The notes under the pieces were generated by a model that saw only the letters and a program-made list of their open reading frames with translations, did not search any database and had not been told where the DNA came from. This document shows, one piece after another, positions 11,234-22,695 of a DNA stretch of 64,000 nucleotides. The stretch's first letter is position 1. Each line of letters begins with the position of its first letter. The stretch covers positions 35,278,001 to 35,342,000 of the forward strand of contig CM060732.1 in the NCBI GenBank assembly GCA_030704615.1, in the 5' to 3' direction. The position numbers and the translations under genes are program-made. Source of the DNA: Takakia lepidozioides (taxonomy: Eukaryota > Plantae > Bryophyta).

Positions 11234-14200
11234 ATGGCTTCCTCTGAAGCGGAGTTCTTCTCAGACGACAAACCAGTGCCGTTCTCCCAGGAAGTCCTTG
11301 ACAATGGATTTGCAATTGTTCTGGAACATGTCTTGGCTACCCGTTTTCAGCTGCAGAATGGCTCCATCTTTTTGGAGAAAGAGGTTTACGATCTGAAAGG
11401 GAAGTTGGTGAAATATTCTTTCCAAAACCGTGATGAGACGGCTCATATCAGCCAGTGGAGAGTGCGTCCTGGTCGATACAGAGTACTTGGAGAGCCTCGG
11501 CGAAAGTCCCTTGGGTCATATGTGACGCCCGGGACTGCTGCTTCGGTCGTTGAAGACAAGAGGGAGGTGGTGGTGAAAAAAGAACAGACTTCCTCCACTC
11601 CAATCGTTGAGCTTTCGGATTCTTCCGATGATGACATAAGTGAAATTCCAAATCCAGTCCTTCCTACTGTGGTTGCAGAAGCTGATGAAGAAGAGATTTG
11701 TAGTGTCATTCCAAAATTGCGGGCGATGGGAGGAATGGCTGGATTCAAAAGCGAGTTGCGGGGAATTGATTGGGAATCTTTGAAGCAGGTGCCTGTGAAG
11801 TTCTTGCCGGAGACTTTTGATGGCGATATCCTATTCGAGCTGCCTCCTCCTCCGCGAGTTGGAGGTGTAACAATCATGATGCATGGAATGGACAAGAAAC
11901 ACGACGGGCACCCGTGGTGCAGAACAAAAACATCCAATATTCAGAATGATGACAAGCTTGTTTTCAGGAGGACAGTTTGCAATGGACACCTTAGGTGTGA
12001 TAATTTGAATTGCAGACACTTTCTTCAGTCTGGAGTTCATAATCAAAGCGAATGGGAGGGTCTGGCGGAGAATCCATTTCAGCCTGGGACTGCCCCTCCA
12101 CCGGCAAACACTTTCGTCTGCAAATTCTGCAAACTTGTGCCATCCTGCTTGGCGCTCTGCGGAGCAAGAATGTACTATGTTGTCCACCGTTTGAATACAA
12201 TGACGAGAGCTTGTGTGCATTTTGGATTCCATAACCATCCTGTCTCGAAGGGGGATTACAGGGAGAGTGTTGAGACAGTATCGAGGTTGATCAAACAGGA
12301 GTTCGGGAGAAACCCATCCGCAACAACATCTGCAATTGCTCTTGGCGCAAGCAAGTCCTTCTTGGAAAGCCATATTTTGAGTGAAGGAGATTCTGTGGGG
12401 ACTAAACTTGACGGTGCAGCATTGGACCTGGTCATGGATCATTTCTCCACTTTAAGTTCACCTAACATTCGGCATCAGATCAATGCATTGAGAATGGGCT
12501 CTGGGATCAGAGGCTACATAGACAATATTTTGGAATTGAAACGACTGAGCAAGTACGATTACATCCAGGACAATGTATTCCCAGGTCAAGGTGCCATCAA
12601 AGTTTTTCTTTTCAAAATGTCGACTGTTGGGGAGGGCAGTGGGGTTAGCCTCGTGAAGCGGATGCAGAAGACTGGGGACTTGCAGAACTGTTTTCTTATG
12701 TTTGATCATGTGAAACGAGTGAAGGATTGGACGACAATGGCTTGTCATGTCTACGATCCAGTGTACCAACGAGTTATGACAATTGCAGTTTGTGACATGC
12801 AATCCGAGGATACGGAATCCCAGAAGCTCATGTGGAATTCCCTGATACGTGTCATGGGCTGCCATGGGCTGCCATCTCCAAATTTCGCAGGTTTCATGGC
12901 GGATAGTGCTCAAGCAAATTTCAATGCTATTCGTATTGTCTTCGGATCGGGCGACCCAAAAGTGCCTATGCCAGGAAGAGAGCGTACATGTCTATTCCAT
13001 TGGACACAATCTCTGGAAAAACATACAAAGTCGGACATCAAACCAGAGATGCAGACTCAGCACCGTAAATTGTGCAAAGAGTACAAAGATGCTAGAACAA
13101 TGAAGGAGGCGGACACTTTGTTCCAGACAATTCGTGCCTGGTGGTTCTCTTCTGGAGCTGCATCACTTGAGAGTATGAGAGCATTGGAAGATTGGCTGGC
13201 GTTTTGGCACTTCCGGTATAGACAGTGGGGAGCAGCCATGACAATGGTACGAGGCTTCTATTTCATGCTTTATTCATACATTTGCTTTCCATATTTTTGA
13301 CTCATTGCTTTCTTTATGTTGTTTCCTGTGCACTATTCTGAAGTGTGGTTATCCTCTTTGCAGAACATGTCCATTGAGGAAATGGCAGACATGCCATCTT
13401 GCAATTTGGCAGAAACTGTGCACAATGCATGGTTGCAGCAGTCTGGGAAAAGAGGTCGGGATTTGTATGTGGCAACAACAGATGATTTGATACGTGCCTT
13501 GCAACAACAAACCCGATACCGTGATTTCTTACGAGGTGGGGTTGGTGGCAAGGGTCCGGACAAATCAGAGTTGATGTTGCGTGCTGCAAACAGATCTGGG
13601 GATCCAATCAAGATAGCACGGGCGGTGAGCATGTATGCCCAGGGAACGCCACTTGTTTCTAGAGTTCCACATCTTGAAGGGGAGGAGAGATTCGGCTCCT
13701 GTAAGAGGAAATTGAACACTCCACCTGGTTCGGATTCAGATTCCCACAGGGCAGACCGTGATAACTTCTCGAAGCCTCGTGTTCCCCTGCATGACAGCTC
13801 CGTGTCCGGTACCTCCATTGTGGAGGAACCTCCAACACGACGGCAAGCTCCAGCATCAAACCGTGCCACTGAAATGGTGCAGGAGAGAAACAACCCCCTT
13901 GATGTGCTTGAGTCCGCATGCCCCGACCACGTTTGGCACATAGAACGCACAAGTGTCGGGTCTCGTGTGAAATGTACAGCGATCAGGGCAACTAATTTCG
14001 AGAAGTGCACTTCATCTATATCCAGAGGTGGTGCCCGAACTCCTGCTCCGACTTTCACGGGCTTGATGCGTCCATACGGTCAACCAGAAGCCAAGAACCA
14101 CAAGTTCTGGTTCTGCGCAGATGATTGTGCCAGATGTGTGCATGGAACTGTGCGTCCTTCCGTAGTGATGAAGCCATCTCCTCCAACCGTTTGGCCCGTG

Positions 14201-14749
14201 AAGGTGGGAACACATCTCAGCTTTCAGGAGATTGAAATGCTGGAGGAGGCAGGTTTTTCCCTTGCGAGACAACCCCAACTCCATGCATGTGCTACTATTC
14301 CTGCGTCCTCCCGGGTCCCCCCGGCAAATCCTGACTTGTGGCCAACCAAACGAGATGGAAAGCTCGTTCGGCGTTTCCCTCCAACCGCTGAACACTTTGG
14401 CAAAGTGGAGTCCGCAAGAATGCTCCAAGCTCGTGTCGGAAGCACCACGGAAGTACCCGATCCAGGATATGGTCGGGTATTCACAATCATCACTTCCACA
14501 TCTGCTGTTCATGACAGGACCTACGACATCACGGTTTCCAATTTCCCCAATTGCACATGTCCTGATTTTGTGAATATGCTATCAACCAGTTTGGGCAAGA
14601 GAGGTAAATTCATACCCTGCAAACATTTGTATTTCATATTTTTGAGGAGGATGGTTTGCGATCCCAAACGTGACAACTTCATTCACCAGGCCACTATGAG
14701 TTTCAACGAGGTCGATACTCTTTTGCAGCGGGATACAACACATGGGTAG
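11234..14749 (+). CDS. MULE DDE transposase (~1132 aa; GCM/WRKY-like Zn domain, DDE core, C-terminal SWIM finger), 2 exons
   Basis: Exons 11234-13246 and 13364-14749 (GT-AG, phase 0, no stops). HDGHPW..CNGHLRC...C...HFGFHNHP resembles a GCM/WRKY fold. MFDHVKRV, FMADSAQA, CLFH (CxxH) and NLAETVHNAW give the D-D-E core. CTCPDF...CKH is a SWIM finger. Confidence 0.9.
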
Positions 14750-15189
14750 CATGAACTATGTAATGTGGTATGTGGATGACCATGATTTGAAATGTGTAAT
14801 TCACATCAATTCGTCGGCTGTGCAATGATATGGCCTCCAACTATACGGAGTGAGGTCTGAGTGACAACTTTTAGGTAGTGCACATTTGTCATTGCACCTT
14901 TCGAAGTCTACATGTCTTGCTGTCGCTATGCACTACAATCATCTTTTGAAGATGATCATAACTCTCATTGTTATTTGAGGAGGGAAGAAGTCTTCTCGTG
15001 GCAGCCTTTATGGCGCACACTTTGTGAGGATATTTTGTCGTCTTCGTAATTGTAAAAGTGAAACAAACATTTGTAATTGCACAATGTTGGATGCTGCAAT
15101 TGTAGGCCTCAACGCTCGTCTTGATTCTATTTAGGCAAGATTCCCTGCATTAATTCCACGGTCATAGGACCATCCACGGTTATAGGCGG

Positions 15190-15399
15190 CGCATGTTAAT
15201 GCTGACGTGGCAGTTGACGGACAGTGCCACGTCATCATTTACCGCCACATCAGCATGCTGACATGACGCTCACGCCACGTCAGCATGTGTGCAGGCTCAC
15301 GCCACGTCAGCTGGCGTGAGCGTACGCTCACGCCACGTCACTCCTGCGTGAGCGTACGCTCGCGCGCTCACGTGCAACGCTCACGCCATTGCGTCGTTG
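15190..15399. repeat. Right TIR/subterminal region with CTCACGCCACGTCA(GC) repeats
   Basis: Tandem and inverted copies of GCTCACGCCACGTCA and GCGTGAGCG, mirrored at 4040-4170. Confidence 0.8.
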
Positions 15400-15519
15400 T
15401 CAACCAACTAACTTGCAGAATTCAACATGAAAATTTAGGGCCGATTCTGATAGAGGGAAAAACAGGGTGAAATGTGTTGAAAAAGGTGTCTTTATTAGCA
15501 GACCATTTTCTCGTTAGCA

Positions 15520-15745
15520 GATTTCTTGTAGCTATTGATCCACAGGGAATCAGAACTAATCTTGTGTTTGAAATCCGGCCCTCTTGGATGAACCTGGACC
15601 TCTATCCCTGGTCCTTCAACTATCCCTGTCTGTGTACAAATCATGAATACTTGCTGCTAGCAGCTGACACTGATGGCGTGAAGTTCTTCCAGCAAAACCC
15701 AACCCTAATTATTACAGTAGTTCTAATTCTAAATTGCATCTACTT
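15520..15745 (+). repeat. Dispersed repeat, copy 2 (paralog at 2009-2250)
   Basis: Colinear similarity to 2009-2250. Confidence 0.75.
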
Positions 15746-15769
15746 CTCTCTAGTGTGATCATGGTATGT

Positions 15770-16910
15770 CATCAGACCTAAGCGACTTTGTTAACAGACC
15801 TTGTCGTTGACCACGAACGCAGACCTTCTAGCAGACTTTATGAACCATGACAACCAATAGAGTTCTAAAGCAGACCACGTCAAGCATCAAACCCCCATGT
15901 ATTCTTCCGTTTGTTAGCAGACCAAGGATGAGTGCTTTGTTTTTTACGTGTTTGTGACATGTTGCAGAGTATGATCCAAAGGACGAGCTTGTTCGGAATG
16001 CTCTTGACTAGTACGCCAATGGCGCAAGGCAGCTTCTACGAGCCCTCCGTGGCCATATTGGAGTCGAATTACCCGTTAAGTGCAGGCTCATTGGAGTTCA
16101 TACAACAGCAGACACACAGAACCCAACTCCCATGGAGACCCAGGAGGCCCGCAACAAGCAGACCGTGGAGCGAGCAGACCCTTCCCAGCAAACTCCCAAA
16201 TACCGACATGTGAACCAGCAGACCCCCGACCGGATTATGGAGAACAAGAAACAGCAGACCCCCGACTGGATTGCCAGTGATCCCAAGCCAGAGAATGTGG
16301 GTGACAAAAACTTTTCGTTGCCAAAACAGACGTTCGTGAAGGCATTGCACACCTTACCCGAAATTACCGGGGAGGCCTTGGTTATGCAGACCTTTCCAGA
16401 TAACAACTTCCACAACACCGGACATGAGCAGACCTTTCCAGATCAGCGGGCACCCATCACCTTCCCAAAGCAGACCGCTGCGGTGGAAAACAGACCTGGG
16501 CAGACCAGTGCAGGCCAAAGCACACCACAACAGTTCTGACAAGACCAGACAAGACCAGACCACCCCACACCAGACAAAACAAGAGCAGACCACACCAGAC
16601 CAGACCACACCAGAGCGAAAGACTCTAGACGATCCGAGTGCAGAACAGACCATACCCCAGAAGACCAGAGGATACCAGACCAGACCAGACCGTATCAGAG
16701 CAGACATTTCCCGACCAGTGTAGACCTGATCAGACCTTGCTGGAGCAGAGGAAAGAAGATCAGACCTTGCAGGAGGACACCCTGCCTGGGACATTGCTTG
16801 ACAAATGCACGGCAGAAGTGCATCGCGACGCAGGTATGGACGCCAACACCTCACCATTCCAACATCAGCAGACCTTGTCAGTGCAGGACATCAGACCATC
16901 TGAAGACCTG
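15770..16910 (+). repeat. CAGACC-motif-rich transposon-derived segment
   Basis: Very many CAGAC(C) copies (e.g. 16540-16690). The ORFs here are low-complexity translations (QQTPD, DQT). Confidence 0.65.
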
Positions 16911-16944
16911 GCGATAACCCAAGAAGCAACGCCGATCCTCCTTG

Positions 16945-17680
16945 CACTACAAGAGATGAGTGTTTTTAGGACTACGGATTTGGCGAAGTCATAAAAACGG
17001 CACTAGGTGTACGACTACATAGCGCTGAAATGCGTTGCAGTCATAGTTTTACCACTTTGTAGTAATGGATATCACTACATGACTCCGGAAAGTTAGGGAG
17101 CATTGGTCAAACATTGTTGACCATGATGACAGAGTTGGTTTTATGACTAGTGTGATATGTTTGACTACACGTGGACGACGTTTCATAGAATCTTGTGACT
17201 CCATGACCGAAGATGGTTTTACAGCTCTATTTATACGACTACATCCCTACACGTGTCATTTTGAAAGCACATACACGAATGTATTCATCCATGGATGAGT
17301 TTATCCATCGATGACATGGCATGTAAACTTATGAGTCCCTTACTGCAAATTGTTTCATAACTCTATATATATGACTACATCATTACACGTGTCATTTAAA
17401 AGGCACATACATTAATGAATTCATCCAATGGATGGGTTCATCCCGCCGCTTATACGGTGTGTCGATTTGATATCTGTTCAATAAATTGGACCTGGATGGA
17501 CGTGGCTTAACAAGCATCGCAAGATATATGAGATTAAAATACGCAATGGTCATGGTTGTACAAGGCTAGATCATGTGATGGAAATTATTTTGAATCGTTA
17601 GATTTTACACGATCTAACGGTCTAGATTATTTAAGATCTAACGGTGTAGATTGTATAAGATCTAACGGTTTAAGATTACA
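16945..17680. mobile_element. CACTA/EnSpm-like element end (remnant)
   Basis: Begins CACTACAAGAGATGAGTGTTTTTAGGACTAC (same family as 1032). Contains GACTAC repeats, TTCATCC/GGATG motifs and three tandem GATCTAACGGT near 17610-17670. Confidence 0.55.
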
Positions 17681-18269
17681 CCGCCGAACTTTACACCGGG
17701 CTGGGACTTAGGCTTTTTTGTCTCCTGCGTTTCACCATCTATTTGATGTTGTGTCATGTATGTAGGGGCGTGGGATGGAGGCTTTGCAGACCTTCCTACT
17801 CTTGAGCAAATGATGCAGGAAGGAGAAGAGGAGGAGGAGAGGAGATGATGGTACCCCTGCCAACCAGCCACAGAGAGAGAGAGAGAGAGAGATGCTCATG
17901 TGAAGGGTCCTGCTTCAAACCGCCAGCAGCAGCGCAGGCTGTAGGATTTCGAGGATGAGCAGCCATGGCAGCGCGTACAATGCGTATTGTACGTGGGACA
18001 TCCTCCACATGTGGCTGCGCTCACAAGCGTCCCCGAGGCGACGGTGCTGGCAAGACTGGTACTGTTCTGACTGCTTCAAATATGTGTGGGCTGTAGAAAC
18101 TGCACTGTGCCCCTGGGCATTTTTTGAACCGCATTGAATTAAGTTTCTTTAAACAGTTTTTTAGCGGATTTTGGGCGAGGAGAAGATCCCAACATTCTTG
18201 CGAGCTCGCCGTTCTTGGGAGAGTTAGCTTGGTCTTAGCAGGCCGTGTTTCAATCTCTGACTGCTCAGC

Positions 18270-18645
18270 TGCACCGTGGTGGTTCGATCTCATATACCAA
18301 TCCGACATTACCTGACTATAGATACAAGCAGCACACACAAGAGGTCCTTTTGGGTTGATGGTCGGTCAAATCCTCCATGGGTCATGACACAAGGTAAAGG
18401 ACAATGTGGTGAGGATACCTTCTTCTTCGACCTATTTCAGCATGTTTTGCCCTCTCATCAGACTCGGCCCTGAGATGCATATTGAATTTTGTAAGTTAGC
18501 TCGGTGGGTGGATATGTGGTTGTTTAGAGTGACTTTGACAAGTTGATGCCGATGTGGCAACATGAAAGTATCCAAAAACAGGTAACAGAGATGAGGAGAA
18601 GCTTTGGAATGAACACTTTCCCGACCCCAGTCAATGGCGGGACAA
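18270..18645 (+). pseudogene. OSB-like (organellar ssDNA-binding, PDF motif) pseudogene fragment
   Basis: Two decayed PDF-like motifs read across frameshifts: PWWFD..NPTLPDYRYK..KRSFWVDGRSNPPWV and RDEEKL/WNEHFPDPSQWRDN. Confidence 0.6.
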
Positions 18646-18649
18646 TGGA

Positions 18650-21180
18650 GACAAAAAGGTGTCGTTTGTTGAATGCAATGTCGAAAACCGCACGCTCCTG
18701 CACAGTCACAAACCACATCATGACGTCTTGCGTGATACTTTCCTGAGCCTCTTCGCTTCCGTGTAGCAGGTCTATCCGCAGGTTGTGTAGGTCTTTTTTT
18801 AATTTGGTGTAAGACCTGAAATTGCCAAATTGCATCCATTGACGAAAACAATCTGCCATCTCCTCAAAAGCACTCTCTGTCAAGCTCGCTAAGTGCTTTG
18901 GACGAACACCAAATATTGGGTGGGCGATGGCCATGTGCCTTATCTCCAGTGGGCGTGGGTTGTGCATGAGAAAGAGCTGCACGATAAGCGATGGCTCGGT
19001 CTCCTCTGCCAGGAGCGCCACTCCATACTCACGGGCTTCAAAACACGGGTGACCTCCTCCGCCGTGAACTCCATTGAGGAGTGCTGCGGAGCAAAGGTCC
19101 ACCGGGAGGCGACGATGCGGTGAAGCTCATTGTACCAGTCCAGATGCCGATTGCTTTCCCCACAACGAAACTTCGGAAGAGTGGGGTCGTCCTCATCAAT
19201 TGCAGACCGCTGTGGAGGTCGCCATGGTCTGCCAAATGGGAAATCAGTTCGACCACACAATGTGGTCTGCTGAGGGTCTGCTGAAGAGGTACGAAGGTCC
19301 GTTGGAGGACGGGTCACAGAAGAAAGGTCCACTGAGCCGGGTCTGCTAGTCTGACCGGCGCTCTCAAAAGCCTTTACAGCAGACGGAGGGAGGCCTGCTG
19401 CGCGGCCAGTGGTACCATCCTGAATTGATGCAATGGCATCGACCGACTGTGGATACAGACTCACGATGTAGTCACGAATATCACGGACCTCATTCCGGAC
19501 AAGTGTAGTTTCCAAGGGAGGACCATTCAACCTGTACTTCCAGATTTGCAAAGCTCTGTACACTCAGTTGTCTTGCACATTCGCCTCCTGAAAACAAACA
19601 GCAAAATTGGCCTTCACATTAGACCAGTAGATCATAGAGCAGTAGACCAGTCAAAACTGGGCCTGACAGTAGACCAATAGACCATATACCAGTAGGCCAT
19701 ATTAATAGACCAGTAGACCATAGTAGTAGACCATAGCCGTGGACCCATGCAGCAGACCACAGCCACGACAGTAGTGCGCCTTTCAAAGCAACTGCAGTAC
19801 CATGTTGCAAAAAACAGACCCAAAACAATAGACCGTTCGCAGCAGACCACATATATAACAATAATAAAAAAACACTATAGCATGATTTGCAACGGGGAAA
19901 GTAGACGCACGGTTGTGGACCTATAGAGCAGACCACAGCCAAAACAAGTGATGCAGTACCATGTAGCAGACCCATAATAGTAGACCGACAACAGCAGGCC
20001 ACACATACAACACCCAGCATAGCATATCACTAATTACAACCAGGAAATCGAAACACTCAAATACGGTAGACCATAGAAAGAGTGGTTCAAGTACCTGGAG
20101 GCCGTTGTAGTCTTCATCCCTTGGGTGTGATCGTGCCTCCACCCACTTCTTCTCTGCTGTGTCAATGGTCTGCTGTATCTGCCCTGATCTCACGTAAGCA
20201 TACAAAAAAAAGAAAAAGTTCGGATCTGATTCATCTGGGTACTGGTCTGGCAGAAGACCGTGGGGAAGCAAGTACAATGTGCCAGGGCGGACAGGGGTGC
20301 CCGTTACATCTCCATGAGCATCAGTCAGGGTCTGCTGTTTCTTGGTCTGCTTGTTGGGTCTGATATGTGGTGGGCTTCGTGGGTCTGTTTGAGGGTGTGA
20401 TTCCTCTTTGGGGATGTCCGAGTCAAGGGTTATGTCATGTACCGGCGGGGCGTACCCAATGGGGTCGTTCACCAAGTACGGTCTCATAAGTAGTCCCGGC
20501 CGCTCCGTCGGCTTGTCCTGAACATGATCCTCCTCTTCATGAGAGTCTTCCTCACTTGAGTCATCCCCACTAGACGACAAAGTTGAAACGACAGCTTGTG
20601 GTCTGCTGGTGGTGGTCTGCTGGGACCGACCTGGTTGCAATTCTTTGCTACTCACTCTCATATCCCGTGGTCTGCTAGTACTGGTACTGGCAGATCTGTG
20701 ACTTTTGCAGTCTACATTTTTTTAGCTCCATCATTGAGCTTCCTTTTCTTCACTGGCACAACGAGGCCGGGTCCCAGCAGGCCGGCTTCAGTGTAATAAC
20801 GCTGCCGCACTTCCTCAGCGGACCGAGCGACAGCATGCGCACCCCTACACTTTGCAGTGATTTCTTTTGCGGCCTTAGACGAACTTGGCTTGGGCCAAGG
20901 CTTGAAGTTCTCAAGGACCATACCTTTGCATCCTCCATCAAGGGCATGGCGATTTAGAGTCTCTTTGTCCTTGACAATATCAGGGCAAAATGGGCACTGA
21001 AACCGATCCTTTGGTCAGTTCTCTTTCTCCTTCGTTAAGCACAAGTCTAAAAATGCTTCTACTATTTTAGCATCGTACTCACTTGGCTCATACCAGTACC
21101 TTCTCTTGGCTTTGTGGTGAGGGGCATGCACATATTCCACCCAATCGGCTCCGCCCTTTGGGCAAGCTTCTTCCATGGCT
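18650..21180 (-). pseudogene. Decayed MULE accessory gene (C2HC Zn finger + uncharacterised DLLH domain), homologous to the gene at 52960-57790
   Basis: YEPSEYDAKIVEAF..FQCPFCPDIVKDKETLNRHALDGGCK near 20920-21180 and IDLLHGSEEAQESITQDVMMWFVTVQERAVFDIA near 18680-18780. Several stops and frameshifts. The probable intron (~19590-20094) is AGACC-rich. Confidence 0.6.
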
Positions 21181-22695
21181 GCAACCCAAGGAGGAATTGT
21201 GTCAGAGACGGTCTGCTAAATGCAAATGAAGAAGAGCAAGCAAAAAAGGAAATGAAGGTCTGGCGGTGAAGAAGTCTGGTGAAGTTGATACCTTTGCACT
21301 TCGGCAACGACGGGCACGCGGCGCGGCCTTTGAAGAGCGGGCGGGCGCTACAAACGAATCATCGAGTCGAAGAGGCAGAAACCGCGAAGCGCAACACAAC
21401 GTGCAGTCGCAAAGTGGAGAGACGCAAGAGGAGGAAGAGGCGAGGACCCCAACGTAACGGCTCACTGCTAAGCGTGACAGGAGCACGCGTGCGACCGCCG
21501 AGGCCATGCACGTCGGTCATTGGACTGCCATCGAAACATCAAACTGACAATTATGGCCGCCGCCAAGGACTTCATGACTCATTGGACTCTCTAGCAACGT
21601 CGGAGTCCACCGTTTCAAGCCACAGCCTCTTTTGTTCATATGCTTCTACTATTTTTGCTTTGTTGTTCGCCTATTCGTGGGACTATTTGAGCGCGGGGAA
21701 GTGAGTTACATTGAGTTTACAGTGCAGACTTGAATGGAAGTATTTAGGTCTTTGCTAACAAGTAGACTCATTTTAGCGGACAACAATTGAGAATCAGCCT
21801 TTCCCTTGTCACACTGTCTTGTTCGAGGCTTGTCCTCCATATAGCATGTGTGGAATGGCATTGCAAAAATAGCGGAAGCATATGTGCATGGCTGGCCGTA
21901 TAAAATTCCGATTTCCTCCCGAGTTCCGTCTCTTGGATGTTGTTTGCAGGTGGACCCATCGATGCAGGATGAAATGGGCATGTGTGGCGGAATTTTTTGT
22001 GCAACGAACCAGTGGACCTTCCAAGTGTTACCATGACAGTGCGGGGATGCAGAGACCCAGCCGGGGGACCATTGAAATGGTGAAACGGGTGGGGACACAC
22101 TGCAGACAGAGGGCAGACCAGATGGGCAGAGCAGGAGAAGAGAAGAGTGCACCATGTCAGTCCAGACGAGAAGACCGAACCAACAGACCAGCCTGGAGAA
22201 CTCTGGTTAAACCCCGACGGCAGACCGAGTGCACACAATCTTTGCTGCACGAATGCGACAGACCAGTGCCACAGACCCTTTTGGCGGACTCTTTTGGCGG
22301 AGACTTAGGGCATACCATGAGACAAAAAAGAAAAAGCAAAGGGGGTCTGAGGAGATCGGCGAGTGCCTTGGCATGCCCAAAATCCGGACGGTCTGGATAA
22401 AACCGGAACTGGACGGGCAGATGCGCGCCACATAGGTCTGGGTCTGCTGTGCCGGTCTGGGGTGGTCTGCCGGATGACATGCGCCAGCAGCGGGCAGACC
22501 CCAGCCTGGGCAGACCCACTGGGGACCTGATGGCGGGCGGGGCCGCGGTCCGGGGGTGGGCTGTGCTGCGTGCGGGCAGGGCCGCGGGGCTGCCGACCGC
22601 GGTCCGGGGGTGGCGGGGCGGGAAGGGCGACCTGCGTCCGTGCGCCCTGTCCCACACGCGCGACATAAACTCCCAATTATTAAAAAATGAGAGGC
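18650..22695. mobile_element. Remnant right arm of a MULE-like element
   Basis: Accessory pseudogene on the minus strand, AGACC/GGTCTG motif arrays, and a GC-rich TIR-like segment (22500-22695) in the same relative position as in the 48352-59067 element. No left TIR or TSD found. Confidence 0.5.

Larger units (their letters stand above)
4040..15399. mobile_element. Mutator-like element (MULE), apparently intact and autonomous, with ParB-methyltransferase cargo gene
   Basis: Perfect 9-bp TSD TCAACCAAC at 4031-4039 and 15400-15408. Imperfect TIRs: left CAGGGATGCCTCGGCGTGAGCCTGGTCACGTGAGCACGTGAGCG vs right (revcomp) CAACGACGCAATGGCGTGAGCGTTGCACGTGAGCGCGCGAGCG. Encodes a DDE transposase. The flanks rejoin into a sequence found uninterrupted at 18420-18645. 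Confidence 0.93.

Noticed and set aside
11443-14512. Long antisense ORFs opposite the transposase (also opposite AQR and MED4)
   Set aside because: Shadow ORFs of genuine sense-strand coding sequence, with no independent motifs.
16069-16994. Gln/Thr/Pro-rich ORFs as real proteins
   Set aside because: They are translations of the CAGACC repeat, broken by stops. At most a decayed TE linker.
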